A stretch of DNA of 64,000 bases from an uncultured Candidatus Rokubacteria bacterium (GTDB lineage Bacteria; Methylomirabilota; Methylomirabilia; Rokubacteriales; DASRDR01). The notes beneath the pieces are model-generated. The model saw nothing but the letters and a program-made list of their open reading frames with translations. It was not told the DNA's origin and did not search any database. Below, piece after piece: positions 18,827 to 29,401 of the stretch. The stretch is taken from assembly GCA_963826115.1 (NCBI GenBank), contig CAWGVS010000005.1:352001-416000 (forward strand). The letters are read 5' to 3'. The translations under genes were made by a program, and so were the position numbers. How positions within the stretch are numbered: the stretch's first letter is position 1; every line of letters begins with the position of its first letter.

Positions 18827-19579
18827 CTACTGGGCGGTCCAGCCTCCGTCGATGACCAGCTCGCTGCCGGTGACGAACGCCGACTCGTCGGAGGCGAGGT
18901 AGAGCACGCCGTAGGCGACCTCGTCCGGCTCACCGAACCGGCCGAGCGGGATCCGCGACAGCATCTTCTGGTAGTGCACAGGGTCGGCCCGCCGCCGCTC
19001 GGTCATCGCGGTCACGATGGGTCCGGGGTGGACCGAGTTGGCGCGGATCCGCTCGCCCGCGTACTGGATGGCCGTCGCCTTGGTCAGGAGCCGGACCGCG
19101 CCCTTGGAGGCCTGGTACTGGGGGCTGCTGTTGTCGGTGCCGACGAGACCGAGCTGCGACGAGATGTTGACGATCGAGCCGCCCCCGGCCCGGCGCATGG
19201 CGGGGATCGCCGCCCGCGTGCCGAGGAACACGCCCTTGGCGTTCACGTCCATGACGTGGTCCCAGTCCTTGACCGTCGTGTCCTCGATCCGCCCCTGGGC
19301 GCCCACGCCGGCGTTGTTCACGAGGACGTCGAGCTTCCCGTAGCGCTCGACCGTCCGGGCGACCGCGCGCGCCCAGTCCCCCTCGTCCGTCACGTCGAGG
19401 CCGACGAACAGGGCGTCGCCGCCCGCGGAGCGGATCTCCGCCTCGACCGCGCGTCCTTCCGCCTCCAGGACGTCGCCCAGGACCACCCGCGCGCCCTCGC
19501 GCGCGAACAGCCGCGCCTCGCTGGCGCCCAGGCCGCGCGCGCCGCCGCTGATCAGCGCCACCTTGCCCGCGAGCCTCAT
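18827..19579 (-). CDS. SDR family oxidoreductase
   Basis: SGGARGLG, NNAG, YQASKG, ANSVHPG. Confidence 0.92.
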   Translation of the reverse strand: MRLAGKVALISGGARGLGASEARLFAREGARVVLGDVLEAEGRAVEAEIRSAGGDALFVGLDVTDEGDWARAVARTVERYGKLDVLVNNAGVGAQGRIEDTTVKDWDHVMDVNAKGVFLGTRAAIPAMRRAGGGSIVNISSQLGLVGTDNSSPQYQASKGAVRLLTKATAIQYAGERIRANSVHPGPIVTAMTERRRADPVHYQKMLSRIPLGRFGEPDEVAYGVLYLASDESAFVTGSELVIDGGWTAQ

Positions 19580-19598
19580 GGGGTCCTCGCGCCTCCGG

Positions 19599-21041
19599 TC
19601 AGCGGCGCGGGCCGGCGGCCCACCCGAGCTCGGGGCGCCGCCGATGCCATTCGGTCGCGCGCTCGTAGGCGTGCGCCACGCGGAGCGCCATGTCCTCGTG
19701 GAAGGGCTTCGCGTAGACCATGAGGCCGATCGGCAGCCCCTCGCGCGTGAAGCCGCACGGCAGCGACACGCCGCAGAGGTTCAGGATGTTCCCGACCGCC
19801 GTGTTGCGGAGGTACCGGCCGTTGTGGTCGCCGTACGACTCGCGCGTGCGGTCCACGTCCGCGAGCGGCCGCGAGGGGAGCGGCGTCGTCGGCACCAGGA
19901 GCGCGTCGACGTCGGCAAGCCGCGCCAGGAGGCGCCGGCGGAGCTCCGCCCACTGGCGGTGGAGGGCGAAGTAGTCGGGCGCGGAGAGCTGGCGCCCGCC
20001 GATCATCCGGTGGGCGACGACGGGGTCCAGCTCGTCGAAGTGCTCGTCCAGGAGACGCGCGTTGTACACGCAGGCCTCGGCCGCGATGGCGAAGACCCGC
20101 TTCTGCTCCGACATCGCCTCGGCCGCCTCGGGGACCTTCATGCTCTCGACGTGAGCGCCGAGCGACCGGAACACGCCGGCGCTCTCGCGGACCGCCCGCT
20201 CGACCTCGGGGTCGACCTCGTCGAAGAAGAGGGTCTCCGCCACGCCGAGCCGGAGTCCGCGGACGCCGTCGCCGAGGCGCGTGAGGACGTCGTGCGGCCG
20301 GACGCCCTCGGTCGTCTCGTCGCGCAGGTCGCTGCCCTGCATCGCCTGGTACACGAGGGCGGCGTCCTCGACCGTCCGCGTCAGCGGCCCCACCGAGTCG
20401 AGCGTGAAGGAGAGCGGATAGACGCCCGCGCGGCTCACGCGCCCGACCGTCGTCTTGAGGCCGACCGTCCCGCAGAGCGCGGCCGGGAGGCGCACCGAGC
20501 CGCCGGTGTCGCTGCCGAGCGCCATCGGGACCAGGCCCGCGGCGACCGCCACCGCCGAGCCGCTCGACGAGCCGCCCGGGACGTGGTGCGTCGCGTGCCA
20601 GGGATTGTGTGGCGTGCCCTGGTCGTGATTCACGCCGACCCCGCCGAAGGCGAACTGGACGGTGTAGGTCTTGCCGAGGACGACCATCCCGGCGCCCGCG
20701 AGCCGCCGGACGACGCTCGCGTCCTCCTTCGCGACCCGGTCCGCGAGGAGCCGCGTGCCGGCGGTGGTCGGCACGCCGCGGAGGTCGAAGAGGTCCTTCG
20801 CGGCGTAGGGGATGCCGTGGAGCGGACCCAGGTCCTGGCCGCCCCGGAGCGCCAGCTCGGCGGCGCGTGCCTCCGCGAGCGCCCGGTCGCGGGTCACCGC
20901 GATGAAGCTGTGGAGGCGACCGTCCAGGGCCGCGATCCGCTCGAGCTGCGCCTCGGCCAGCGCGACCGGGCTGACGGCCCGCGCGCGGATCTTCGCGGCG
21001 AGCACGGCGATGGAGTCGAACGCCAGGTCGACGTCGGACAT
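19599..21041 (-). CDS. Amidase signature family protein
   Basis: GPLHGIPYAAKD, PGGSSSGSA, GSDTGGSVRLPA. Confidence 0.92.
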   Translation of the reverse strand: MSDVDLAFDSIAVLAAKIRARAVSPVALAEAQLERIAALDGRLHSFIAVTRDRALAEARAAELALRGGQDLGPLHGIPYAAKDLFDLRGVPTTAGTRLLADRVAKEDASVVRRLAGAGMVVLGKTYTVQFAFGGVGVNHDQGTPHNPWHATHHVPGGSSSGSAVAVAAGLVPMALGSDTGGSVRLPAALCGTVGLKTTVGRVSRAGVYPLSFTLDSVGPLTRTVEDAALVYQAMQGSDLRDETTEGVRPHDVLTRLGDGVRGLRLGVAETLFFDEVDPEVERAVRESAGVFRSLGAHVESMKVPEAAEAMSEQKRVFAIAAEACVYNARLLDEHFDELDPVVAHRMIGGRQLSAPDYFALHRQWAELRRRLLARLADVDALLVPTTPLPSRPLADVDRTRESYGDHNGRYLRNTAVGNILNLCGVSLPCGFTREGLPIGLMVYAKPFHEDMALRVAHAYERATEWHRRRPELGWAAGPRR

Positions 21042-21214
21042 CTCGTCCTCCGGTGGAGAGAAGGTGGGCGGCGTGGGTCCGGACGGCCGATCCAGTCTAC
21101 GCGATCGGGCCGAGGCTGGGGACGGGGCAGGAGAGACGGGTGGATCCCGGGCCCCCGCGCGGCCAGTCACGCGGGAGCCCGGGTCGAACGGCTAGATGGC
21201 CGGCTGACGCCGCC

Positions 21215-23551
21215 CTACGCCTTCCACTGATCGCGGATGGGCAGCCGTCGGATGCGCTTGCCCGTCGCCGCGAAGATCGCGTTGCAGAGCGCCGGCGGGA
21301 TCGGCGGCACTCCCGGCTCGCCCACGCCGCCGAGCGGCAGGTCGTAGTCGCCGGGGACGATGTGGACGCGGATCTCCCGCGGGGCCCCGGTGATCCGGGT
21401 GATCTCGTAGGTGTTGAAATTCTCCTGCTCGGCCCGGCCGGCCTTGAAGCTCATCTCGCCCAGCATCGCGACGCTGAGGCCCATGATGCAGGCCCCCTCC
21501 ATCTGTGAGCGGACCCGGTCCGGGTTGACGGTCGCCCCGCAGTCGACCGCGACGTCGACCCGGGGAATCGTCAGCCCGCCCTTGTCGTCGACGGCGACCT
21601 CCACGACGGCCGCCACGTAGGTGACGAAGCTGTAGTGGGCGGCGATGCCCAGGCCACGGCCCTTCGGCATCGAGCGCCCCCACCGCGCCTCCCGCGCCGC
21701 CGTCTCCACGACGCGGCGGAGGCGGCCGGTGTTCACGGGATAGCGCTCGGGGTCCTCCCCGTGGTTCCAGGTGTCCTTCAGGGTCGTCGGGCTGATCCAG
21801 CGCGACGGCCCGATGACGTCCAGCAGGAATTCCTTCTGGTCGCGCCCGGCCGCGGCGGCCAGCTCGGCCACGAAGGACTGCACCGCGAACGCGTGCGGGA
21901 TGTTCGAGACCGAGCGGAACCAGCCGATCCGCGTGTGGGCGGTGGCCTCCGGGTTCTCGATCCGGACGTTGGGGATCGTGAACGGGACGTTGATCACGCC
22001 CATTCCGAGCTCCCAGTTCGCTTCCTGTTTCGCGTCGGGGTCGAAGGTCGACATGATCGTCGGCGCGACGCTCCGGTGGAGCCACGCGACGGGCCGACCC
22101 TGCGCGTCGACGCCGGCCTCGAGACGCTCCACCGAGACCGTGTGGAAGTACGAGTGGCGGAGGTCGTCCTCCCGGGTCCAGGTGACCTTGACGGGCTTCC
22201 CGTCCATCGCCTGGGAGAGGATCGCCGCCTCGATGCCATAGTCAGGCTTCGACCTCCGCCCGAAGCCGCCGCCGAGAAGCGTCACGTGGACGGTCACGTC
22301 CTTCGTGTCCATGCCCAGGCGCTTCGCGACCAAATCGCGGGTGGCCTGGGGGGACTGGAAGCCGCCCCACACCTCGCACTTCCCCTGGACGATGCGGGCG
22401 GTGGCCGTTGGCGGCTCCATCGTGGCGTGGGCGAGGTGCGGGATGTAGTACTCGGCCTGGAGCCGCTTCGCGGCGCTCGCCATCGCGGTGTCGACGTTCC
22501 CGTCGTCGCGGACCACCGGGCCAGGCTTGCGGGCCGCCTCCTCGAGGGCGGCCTTGTACGCCCCGGAGTCGTAGTCCGCGTTCGGGCCGTCGTCCCACCC
22601 GATCTTGAGCGCCTTGCGGCCCTGCATGGCCGCCCAGGTGTTCTTCGCGATGACCGCCACGCCGCCCAAGGGATTGAAGACCGGTGGGCCGGGCGTGGGA
22701 TCGATCGCGACCACCTTGACGACGCCCGGGACCTTGAGGGCATCGCTGTCGTCGTAGCTCGCAACGGTGCCGCCAAAGACCGGCGGTCGGGCGACGACGG
22801 CGTACAGCATGCCGTCGAGCCGCGTGTCGATGCCGTACTGCGCCTTGCCGGTCGCGATCGCGGGCCCGTCGACGAGCTTCAGCTGGCCCTTGCCGATGTA
22901 GCGGAACTGGGACGGATCCTTGAGCCGGAGCGTCTCGCGCGCCGGGACGGGCTGGCTCGCCGCGGCCTTCGCCAGAGCGCCGTAGCCGAGCTTCCGGCCG
23001 GTCGGCTTGTGGACGACTTCGTGGTTCTTCGCCTCGACCTCGCCCACCGGCACCTTCCACTGGGCGGCGGCCGCGGCCTCGAGCATCGTGCGCGCCGCGG
23101 CGCCGCAGCGTCGCATCGGGTCGAAGAAGTGGCGGGTGCTGCGCGAGCCGTCGGTGTCCTGGTTGCCGAACTTCTCCTCGTCGCCGGGCGCCTGCGCGAC
23201 CTTGACGCGCTTCCAGTCGGCTTCGAGCTCCTCGGCGACGATCATCGGCATGCCGGTGCGCACGCCCTGTCCCATCTCGGAGCGGTGGCAGACGATGGTG
23301 ACCGTCCCGTCATCCGCGATGGCCACGAACGCGAGCGGGTTGTCGACCCAGCCGTGAGGCATGCCGTCCGCGCCGTACTTCGGCGGGTCGTCCGCGCGCG
23401 CGGGGCGCGAATAGCCGACGGCGAGCACCAGCCCGCCGAGGGCCGAGACGCCCTGGAGGAACCGGCGACGGCTCACGTTCGCGATGACGAGCGGGTGGTC
23501 GGTCGGCGCGGGACGGTCGGTGGCCGTCGGACGAACGCTCGGCGCGCTCAT
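21215..23551 (-). CDS. Isoquinoline 1-oxidoreductase beta-like molybdopterin-binding subunit (xanthine dehydrogenase family)
   Basis: [40 protein letters not shown]. Confidence 0.9.
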   Translation of the reverse strand: MSAPSVRPTATDRPAPTDHPLVIANVSRRRFLQGVSALGGLVLAVGYSRPARADDPPKYGADGMPHGWVDNPLAFVAIADDGTVTIVCHRSEMGQGVRTGMPMIVAEELEADWKRVKVAQAPGDEEKFGNQDTDGSRSTRHFFDPMRRCGAAARTMLEAAAAAQWKVPVGEVEAKNHEVVHKPTGRKLGYGALAKAAASQPVPARETLRLKDPSQFRYIGKGQLKLVDGPAIATGKAQYGIDTRLDGMLYAVVARPPVFGGTVASYDDSDALKVPGVVKVVAIDPTPGPPVFNPLGGVAVIAKNTWAAMQGRKALKIGWDDGPNADYDSGAYKAALEEAARKPGPVVRDDGNVDTAMASAAKRLQAEYYIPHLAHATMEPPTATARIVQGKCEVWGGFQSPQATRDLVAKRLGMDTKDVTVHVTLLGGGFGRRSKPDYGIEAAILSQAMDGKPVKVTWTREDDLRHSYFHTVSVERLEAGVDAQGRPVAWLHRSVAPTIMSTFDPDAKQEANWELGMGVINVPFTIPNVRIENPEATAHTRIGWFRSVSNIPHAFAVQSFVAELAAAAGRDQKEFLLDVIGPSRWISPTTLKDTWNHGEDPERYPVNTGRLRRVVETAAREARWGRSMPKGRGLGIAAHYSFVTYVAAVVEVAVDDKGGLTIPRVDVAVDCGATVNPDRVRSQMEGACIMGLSVAMLGEMSFKAGRAEQENFNTYEITRITGAPREIRVHIVPGDYDLPLGGVGEPGVPPIPPALCNAIFAATGKRIRRLPIRDQWKA

Positions 23552-24015
23552 GACTTCGCTCCCTGCAGGCCGGCCGCCTGCTTGATCGCCGTCCGGATCC
23601 GCGTGTACGTGCCGCACCGGCAGATGTTGCCGGCCATCGCGCTGTCGATCTCGGCGTCGGAGGGCTTCGGGGTCCGCTTGAGGAGGGCCGTCGCCGACAT
23701 GATCTGCCCCGCCTGGCAATAGCCGCACTGCGGGACGTTGATCTCGATCCAGGCCGTCTGCACCGCCTTGCCGACCTGGTCGGCCCCGACTCCCTCGACC
23801 GTCGTCACCTTCTTGTTCGCCGCCGCGGAGAGCGGCGTCATGCACGAGCGGACGGCCTGGCCGTCGAGGTGCACGGTGCAGGCGCCGCAGAGCGCCATGC
23901 CGCAGCCGAACTTCGTGCCGGTGAGCCCGAGCTCGTCACGGAGGGCCCACAGGAGCGGGGTGTCGCCGGGCAAGTCGACGTCGTATCGCTTGCCGTTGAC
24001 GGTGACTGAGGTCAT
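23548..24015 (-). CDS. (2Fe-2S)-binding subunit (IorA-like)
   Basis: [31 protein letters not shown]. Confidence 0.92.
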   Translation of the reverse strand: MTSVTVNGKRYDVDLPGDTPLLWALRDELGLTGTKFGCGMALCGACTVHLDGQAVRSCMTPLSAAANKKVTTVEGVGADQVGKAVQTAWIEINVPQCGYCQAGQIMSATALLKRTPKPSDAEIDSAMAGNICRCGTYTRIRTAIKQAAGLQGAKS

Positions 24016-24131
24016 CGGGAGGTCCTCCTCTTATCCGTTCAGGTCAGTGCTTCCCGGGCCGTCGCGCACGACTTGGGAAAAATTCCCGACCTCGACGAGG
24101 GACGCTTCCTGCCGGCTAGCACGCGGTTCGA

Positions 24132-24947
24132 TCACGTGTCAAGGGTGGGGGACCTGGACGGTGTCCTCAGCGTTGCGTAGCGCCCCGGCGGCAGGCCGAA
24201 GGCCGATCGGAACACGCGCGTGAAATGGGCCTGGTCGGTGAATCCGGCAGCCAGCGCGACATCGGCCAGCGGCGTGCCGTCCCCGAGCCGGCTTCGCGCG
24301 TAGTCGAGCCGCCGCATCACGGAGTAGCGGTAGGGGCTGGTTCCGTGCGCCAGGCGGAACTGCCGGGCGAGCTCGTACCGGCCGAGCCCCGACACCGACT
24401 CGAGCTCGGCGGATCGCACCACGGTGCGCTGAGCGTCGAGGAATGCCTGGGCCCGGTCGAGCGCGGCCCGGTCGAGACGGATCGGCGCGCGAGCGGCGTG
24501 GTGGTCGCCCTGCGCGTCGAGGAGCCCCTCGGCCAGTCGGAGGACCAGGGCGTCCAGCGCGAGGGGCTCGGGCGAGGCGCCGAAGGCGGCCGTCACGGCC
24601 CGGGCGAGCGTCGCGCTGCCGGTGACGGGCCGGCGCACGAACGGAAGCGACGCCGAGCCCCCGGTGAGCGTCCGGACGGCGTCGGCGATCCGTGCCGGAT
24701 CGACGTAGACCTCCCGGTAACCGAATCCCGACGCGGTCCCGGGGCGCCCGTCGTGCATCTCGTCCGGGTGGAGCACCACGACCTCGCCGGGGAGGCTCCG
24801 CTCGACCCGCCCCCGGTAGTCGAACGTCTGCACGCCCGCCTCGGTGACGCTGATGGCGTAGGTGTCGTGGCGGTGCCGCGCGTAGGCGCGGCCGCCGAAC
24901 CAGGCGCGCAGCAGCTCGACGCCCTCCACCGGCCGGGAGGCGGTCAT
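24132..24947 (-). CDS. AraC family transcriptional regulator
   Basis: RHRHDTY cupin domain, HPDEMHDG, AGFTDQAHFTRVFR...G.PPG.Y; start uncertain. Confidence 0.9.
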   Translation of the reverse strand: MTASRPVEGVELLRAWFGGRAYARHRHDTYAISVTEAGVQTFDYRGRVERSLPGEVVVLHPDEMHDGRPGTASGFGYREVYVDPARIADAVRTLTGGSASLPFVRRPVTGSATLARAVTAAFGASPEPLALDALVLRLAEGLLDAQGDHHAARAPIRLDRAALDRAQAFLDAQRTVVRSAELESVSGLGRYELARQFRLAHGTSPYRYSVMRRLDYARSRLGDGTPLADVALAAGFTDQAHFTRVFRSAFGLPPGRYATLRTPSRSPTLDT

Positions 24948-25049
24948 CCAGTCCCCGCCCTCGCACGAACGTACAAGACCCGTCCCGGCCGATCTCCCTA
25001 CCATCGGCGCCATGGGTCGAGTCTATCCGAGATCCGGGAGGTGGCCGAC

Positions 25050-25646
25050 ATGACGCGGGAGCAGGCCGTCGCGTTCTTCCTCTTCTCGGTCGCGGCCGCG
25101 GGCACGCCGGGGCCCAGCAACGTGCTGCTGATGGCGACGGGGGCGCAGGTCGGCGTGCGGCGCGGCCTCGGGTGTCTCCTCGGGGTCGGCCTCGGCATGG
25201 CGGTGATGATGTTCGTCGTCGCCTTCGGGCTCGGCAGCGTGATCCTGGGGGCGCCGACCCTCCTCCGCGCCATGAAGTGGGGCGGCGCGGCCTTCCTCCT
25301 GTGGCTCTCCTGGAAGATCGCGACGGCCCGTCCGTCGGTCGGCGGTGCGGCGGTGAAGCCGGTCGGCTTCACCGGCGCGGCGGCCTTCCAGTGGGTCAAC
25401 CCGAAGTCGTGGCTCGTGTGCGCGAGCGCGGCCGCGACGTTCCTCGACCGGCAGGCGGGCGGCGCGCTCGGTCAGTCCGCGGCGCTGGGGCTCGTGTTCC
25501 TGGTCGCCTGCCTGCCGAGCTGTTTCCCGTGGCTCGCGTTCGGCGCGGCCATGCAGCGCCTCCTGCGGTCGGAGCGCGCCTTCCGGATCTTCAACGGCGT
25601 GATGGGGGCGCTGCTCGCCGCCTCGGTGGCCCTGTTCGTCCGGTAG
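25050..25646 (+). CDS. LysE family translocator
   Basis: TPGPSN, FQWVNPK; hydrophobic; GGAGG RBS; divergent from AraC. Confidence 0.9.
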   Translation: MTREQAVAFFLFSVAAAGTPGPSNVLLMATGAQVGVRRGLGCLLGVGLGMAVMMFVVAFGLGSVILGAPTLLRAMKWGGAAFLLWLSWKIATARPSVGGAAVKPVGFTGAAAFQWVNPKSWLVCASAAATFLDRQAGGALGQSAALGLVFLVACLPSCFPWLAFGAAMQRLLRSERAFRIFNGVMGALLAASVALFVR

Positions 25647-25649
25647 GGG

Positions 25650-26567
25650 TCAGACCCGGAGCTTCGGGTCGAGGGCGTCGCGGATGGCGTCACCGAGGAA
25701 GTTGAGACCGAGCACGGTCACGAACAGGGCGGCCCCCGGGCCGAAGACGACCCACGGGGCCTGGCGGAGGTAGCCGCGCCCCGCGTTGATCATGCTTCCC
25801 CAGGACGCCTCGGGGGGCTGGACGCCGAGACCAAGGAAGGAGAGGGACGCTTCCGCGAGGATGGCGAACGCCACGCTGAGCGAGGCCTGCACCACGATGG
25901 GCGTGGCCGCGTTCGGCAGGACGTGGCGCCAGGCGATCGTCCCGGAGGACGCGCCGAGGGCCCGCGCCGCGTCGATGTACTCCCGGCCCCGGATGGTCAG
26001 CACCTGGCCGCGCATCAGGCGCGCGAAGGTCGGAGTGTAGACGACCCCGAGCGCGATCAGCACCCCGGTCAGGTCGGCGCCCAGCACGGCGCCGAGCGCG
26101 AGGGCCAGGACCAGCGGCGGGAACGAGAGCACGGCGTCCATGAGCCGCATCGCGAGGCCGTCGACGCGCCCGCCCCGGTAGCCCGCGAAGAGCCCGATGA
26201 GGCCGCCCACAACCGCGGCGATCGCCACCGAGACGAACCCCGCGACCAGCGAGATCCGCGTGCCCCAGATGACACGCGAGAGGATGTCGCGGCCGAGGTT
26301 GTCGGTGCCGAGCCAGTGCGCCGCGCTCGGGCTCGCCAGCGCGTTGCCGAGGTTCTGCTTGAGGTGGTTGTACGGCGAGAGCGCGGGCGCGGCGATCGCG
26401 ACCACCACGGCGACGAGCGTCACCGCCGCGCCGACGAGCGCCAGACGCCCGCTCGCGAGGCGCCGCCAGGCCATCCATCGGCGCCTCGCCGCCGGGCGCG
26501 TCGCCACGCCCCAGGCCCCGGAAGCCGCCGGCTCAGCGATACCGGATCCGGGGGTCGAGCCAGCCAT
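25650..26567 (-). CDS. Peptide/nickel ABC transporter permease (DppC-like)
   Basis: HWLGTDNLGRD, EYIDAARALG, EASLSFLGLG, GDAIRDALDP; start uncertain. Confidence 0.9.
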   Translation of the reverse strand: MAGSTPGSGIAEPAASGAWGVATRPAARRRWMAWRRLASGRLALVGAAVTLVAVVVAIAAPALSPYNHLKQNLGNALASPSAAHWLGTDNLGRDILSRVIWGTRISLVAGFVSVAIAAVVGGLIGLFAGYRGGRVDGLAMRLMDAVLSFPPLVLALALGAVLGADLTGVLIALGVVYTPTFARLMRGQVLTIRGREYIDAARALGASSGTIAWRHVLPNAATPIVVQASLSVAFAILAEASLSFLGLGVQPPEASWGSMINAGRGYLRQAPWVVFGPGAALFVTVLGLNFLGDAIRDALDPKLRV

Positions 26568-27477
26568 AGACGAGGTCCACCAGGAGGTTGGTGCCGATGT
26601 AGCCCACGGCGATCAGGAGCACGACGCCCTGTACCAGCGGGTAGTCGCGCGCGAAGACGGCGTCGACCACGAGACGTCCCACGCCGGGAAGCGCGAAGAC
26701 GTACTCGGTGACCACGGCGCCGCCGATCAGGCCGCCCAGCTGGAGCCCCAGCACCGTGACGACCGGGATGAGGCTGTTCTTCAGCGCGTGGCGGCCGAGG
26801 ATCGCCCGCTCGGTCAGTCCCTTGGCCCGCCCGGTCCGCACGTAGTCCTCGGAGAGAGCCTCGAGGAGGCTCGAGCGGAGCGTCCGCGTGATCACGGCGC
26901 CGAGCGCGAGTCCGAGCGTGATCGCGGGCAGCGTGAGCGACCGGAGGCCGGCCACCGGGTCCTCGAAGGGATCGGTGTAGCCGGACACGGGCAGCCAGCG
27001 GAGCGTCACGCCGAACAGGAAGATCAGGAGGAGCGCGATGAGGAAGTTCGGCATGCAGATGCCGATGAGGGCGAACGTGGTGCCCGCGCCGTCGACGGGG
27101 GTGTTCCGGCGCGCGGCCGAGATCATGCCGAGCGGGAAGGCGACGGCGAGGGCGATCGTCATCGCGTAGAGGGCGAGCTCGACGCTCGGGCGGATGCGCC
27201 GGCCGACGTTCTCGACGACGGGCTCGTTGTTCCGGATCGAGCGTCCGAGGTCGCCCCGGAGGAGCCGCCCCATCCAGGTGACGTACTGCCAGTGGAGCGG
27301 CTGGTCCAGGCCGAGCTGCCGGCGGAGCTCGGCCTTCACGCCGGCGTCCACCGACTCCGCCATCATCGCGTCGATCGGGTCGCCGGGCGTCAGGTGGATC
27401 AGCAGGAAGACGCCGGCCGTGACGAGGACGAGGACCGGGATGACGGCCAGCAGGCGGCCCAGAACGAACCGGACCAT
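26533..27477 (-). CDS. Peptide/nickel ABC transporter permease (DppB-like)
   Basis: PGDP, GDLGRS, DYVRTGRAKG, RDYPLVQG, DPRIRY. Confidence 0.92.
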   Translation of the reverse strand: MVRFVLGRLLAVIPVLVLVTAGVFLLIHLTPGDPIDAMMAESVDAGVKAELRRQLGLDQPLHWQYVTWMGRLLRGDLGRSIRNNEPVVENVGRRIRPSVELALYAMTIALAVAFPLGMISAARRNTPVDGAGTTFALIGICMPNFLIALLLIFLFGVTLRWLPVSGYTDPFEDPVAGLRSLTLPAITLGLALGAVITRTLRSSLLEALSEDYVRTGRAKGLTERAILGRHALKNSLIPVVTVLGLQLGGLIGGAVVTEYVFALPGVGRLVVDAVFARDYPLVQGVVLLIAVGYIGTNLLVDLVYGWLDPRIRYR

Positions 27478-27541
27478 CGCGCGCGTCGGGGCTCAGGCGG
27501 CCGGGGCGTCCACGCTCACCCGACCGCCGTCTCGGTGGCAG

Positions 27542-29134
27542 CTACTTCAGCCAGACGTTCTTGAACCGCATCATCCCGTCGGGGATCGGCTCGTATCCCT
27601 GGACGCGCGGGCTGAAGGCCTTCGGCTCGATCGGGTGCACGATGAACACGATCGGCACCTCCTCGTGGAGGAGCCGCGTCAGCTCGCTGAAGATCTTCTT
27701 CCGCTCGCCCTTGTCCGAGACCTCGCGGCTGCGGTCGAGGAGCGCGTCGATCTTCGGGTTCGAGATGCCCGACCAGTTCAGGGAGATCCCCTGCGCGGTC
27801 TTGAAGAACTGGAACGTGTTGCCGTCGGGGTCCGGCCGGCCGCTCCACTGGTACTGGATCATCTCGTAGTTCTTGTTGTTCCCGTCGGTGATGAGGGCCG
27901 CCGCGTCGACCAGCTTGATCTTCATGGTGATACCCGCCTCGGCGAGCTGCGCCTGCATCACCTCGGCTTCCTGCACGTTGATCGGGATGTTGTTCGTGGT
28001 CATGGTGAAGGCGAACCCGCCTGGCTGGCCGCCCTCGGCGAGCTTGGCCTTGACCTTGGCGACGTCACGCTTCACGGGGAGGATGCTGCTGTCGTACGCC
28101 CAGCTCGAGGGTGGGATGGGGCCGTTCGACGGCACCCCGACGCCGAGCCACACTCCCTTGACGATCTGCTCGATGTCGAGCCCGTAGGTTACCGCCTGCC
28201 GAAGCGCCTTGTTGTTGAACGGCGGCTTCGTGTGGTTGAGCATGTAGCCGAACGAGGCAAGGGACGGCACGTCGACGACGACCAGGTTCTTGTCGGTCTT
28301 GACCGCCGCCACGTCCCGCGGCTGGACGTAGTCCATGACGTCGATCTCGCCGGACTGGATGCTCGCCAGCTTGACCGTGTCGTCGGGGATCGGCCGGTAG
28401 CGGACCTGGTCGAGGTACGGGCCCGCCTGCTTGTTCCAGTAGCCGTCGAAGCGCTTCAGCACGAGGTGGTCGTCCTTCACCCACTCCACGAACTCGAACG
28501 GCCCGGTGCCGGCGCCCTTGGCGTTGCGCTCGAGGTCCGGGCCGCGCTCCTGGGCGACCTTCGGGGAGACCATCATGCCCGCGCGGTCCGTGAGCGCCGC
28601 GAGGAGCGACGCGTCCGGCCGCTTGAGGTTGAGCCGGATGGTGTGGGAGTCGACCACGTCCACCGTGTCGATGTTGGCCGTCTCGCCCTTGCGGACCGAC
28701 TTCGGGTCCGTCTTCATCCGGTTGAAGTTGAACTTGGCGGCCTCGGCGTTGAAGTCGGTGCCGTCGTGGAACTTCACCCCGCGCTGGAGCTTGAAGACCA
28801 GCGTCTTCGGGTCGGGCTGGGTCCACGACTCGGCCAGGCCGGGCTGGAGCCCGAGCTTCATGTCGAGGACCAGGAGCGGCTCGTAGAGGTTGTGGTAGAC
28901 CTGCCGGTCGATCTTGCTGCCCGACAGGTGCGGGTCCATCGTGGCGGCCTCGATGTAGAAGGCGACGCGCAGCGTGCCACCGCGCTTCGGGGCGGTCTGG
29001 GCCAGCGCCGCCGGGACTCCGCGGAACCCCTGCGTCAGGACCGGCGTCAGAACGCCTCCCGATGCCGCAGCGCACCAGCGCAGAAAGCTCCGGCGGGTTG
29101 CCCGAGCGCTCAAGCCGAATCCAGACGCTCCCAT
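27542..29134 (-). CDS. ABC transporter substrate-binding protein, family 5 (Tat signal)
   Basis: TRRSFL twin-arginine motif, PGLAESW, GVKFHDG, GTGPF. Confidence 0.92.
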   Translation of the reverse strand: MGASGFGLSARATRRSFLRWCAAASGGVLTPVLTQGFRGVPAALAQTAPKRGGTLRVAFYIEAATMDPHLSGSKIDRQVYHNLYEPLLVLDMKLGLQPGLAESWTQPDPKTLVFKLQRGVKFHDGTDFNAEAAKFNFNRMKTDPKSVRKGETANIDTVDVVDSHTIRLNLKRPDASLLAALTDRAGMMVSPKVAQERGPDLERNAKGAGTGPFEFVEWVKDDHLVLKRFDGYWNKQAGPYLDQVRYRPIPDDTVKLASIQSGEIDVMDYVQPRDVAAVKTDKNLVVVDVPSLASFGYMLNHTKPPFNNKALRQAVTYGLDIEQIVKGVWLGVGVPSNGPIPPSSWAYDSSILPVKRDVAKVKAKLAEGGQPGGFAFTMTTNNIPINVQEAEVMQAQLAEAGITMKIKLVDAAALITDGNNKNYEMIQYQWSGRPDPDGNTFQFFKTAQGISLNWSGISNPKIDALLDRSREVSDKGERKKIFSELTRLLHEEVPIVFIVHPIEPKAFSPRVQGYEPIPDGMMRFKNVWLK

Positions 29135-29208
29135 CGTTCGCTCTCCTCGGGTGGAGGTTTCGTCGTCGGCGACCGTGCCGCCGGGACCGGGGTTCCGCAT
29201 GCGATTGG

Positions 29209-29238
29209 ATGATCGTTTCACGGCAAGCCGGGTGTCAA
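29209..29238 (-). promoter_or_regulatory. Putative sigma-70 promoter of the ABC operon
   Basis: TTGACA-N18-GATCAT on the minus strand. Confidence 0.4.
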
Positions 29239-29401
29239 TGGGTCCCGCCCGGGCGGGCGCCCAATGGCTGATGCGGGGTCACTGGCAATGGCCGGCCGGG
29301 GTCGGCCGCCGCCCCGCACCTCGGTACGCGGGGGAGCGGGAGCCATGAGCTAGATTGGTGATCCGCCTCTGGGCGGAAGACGGACGGCTGGACACCACGC
29401 G

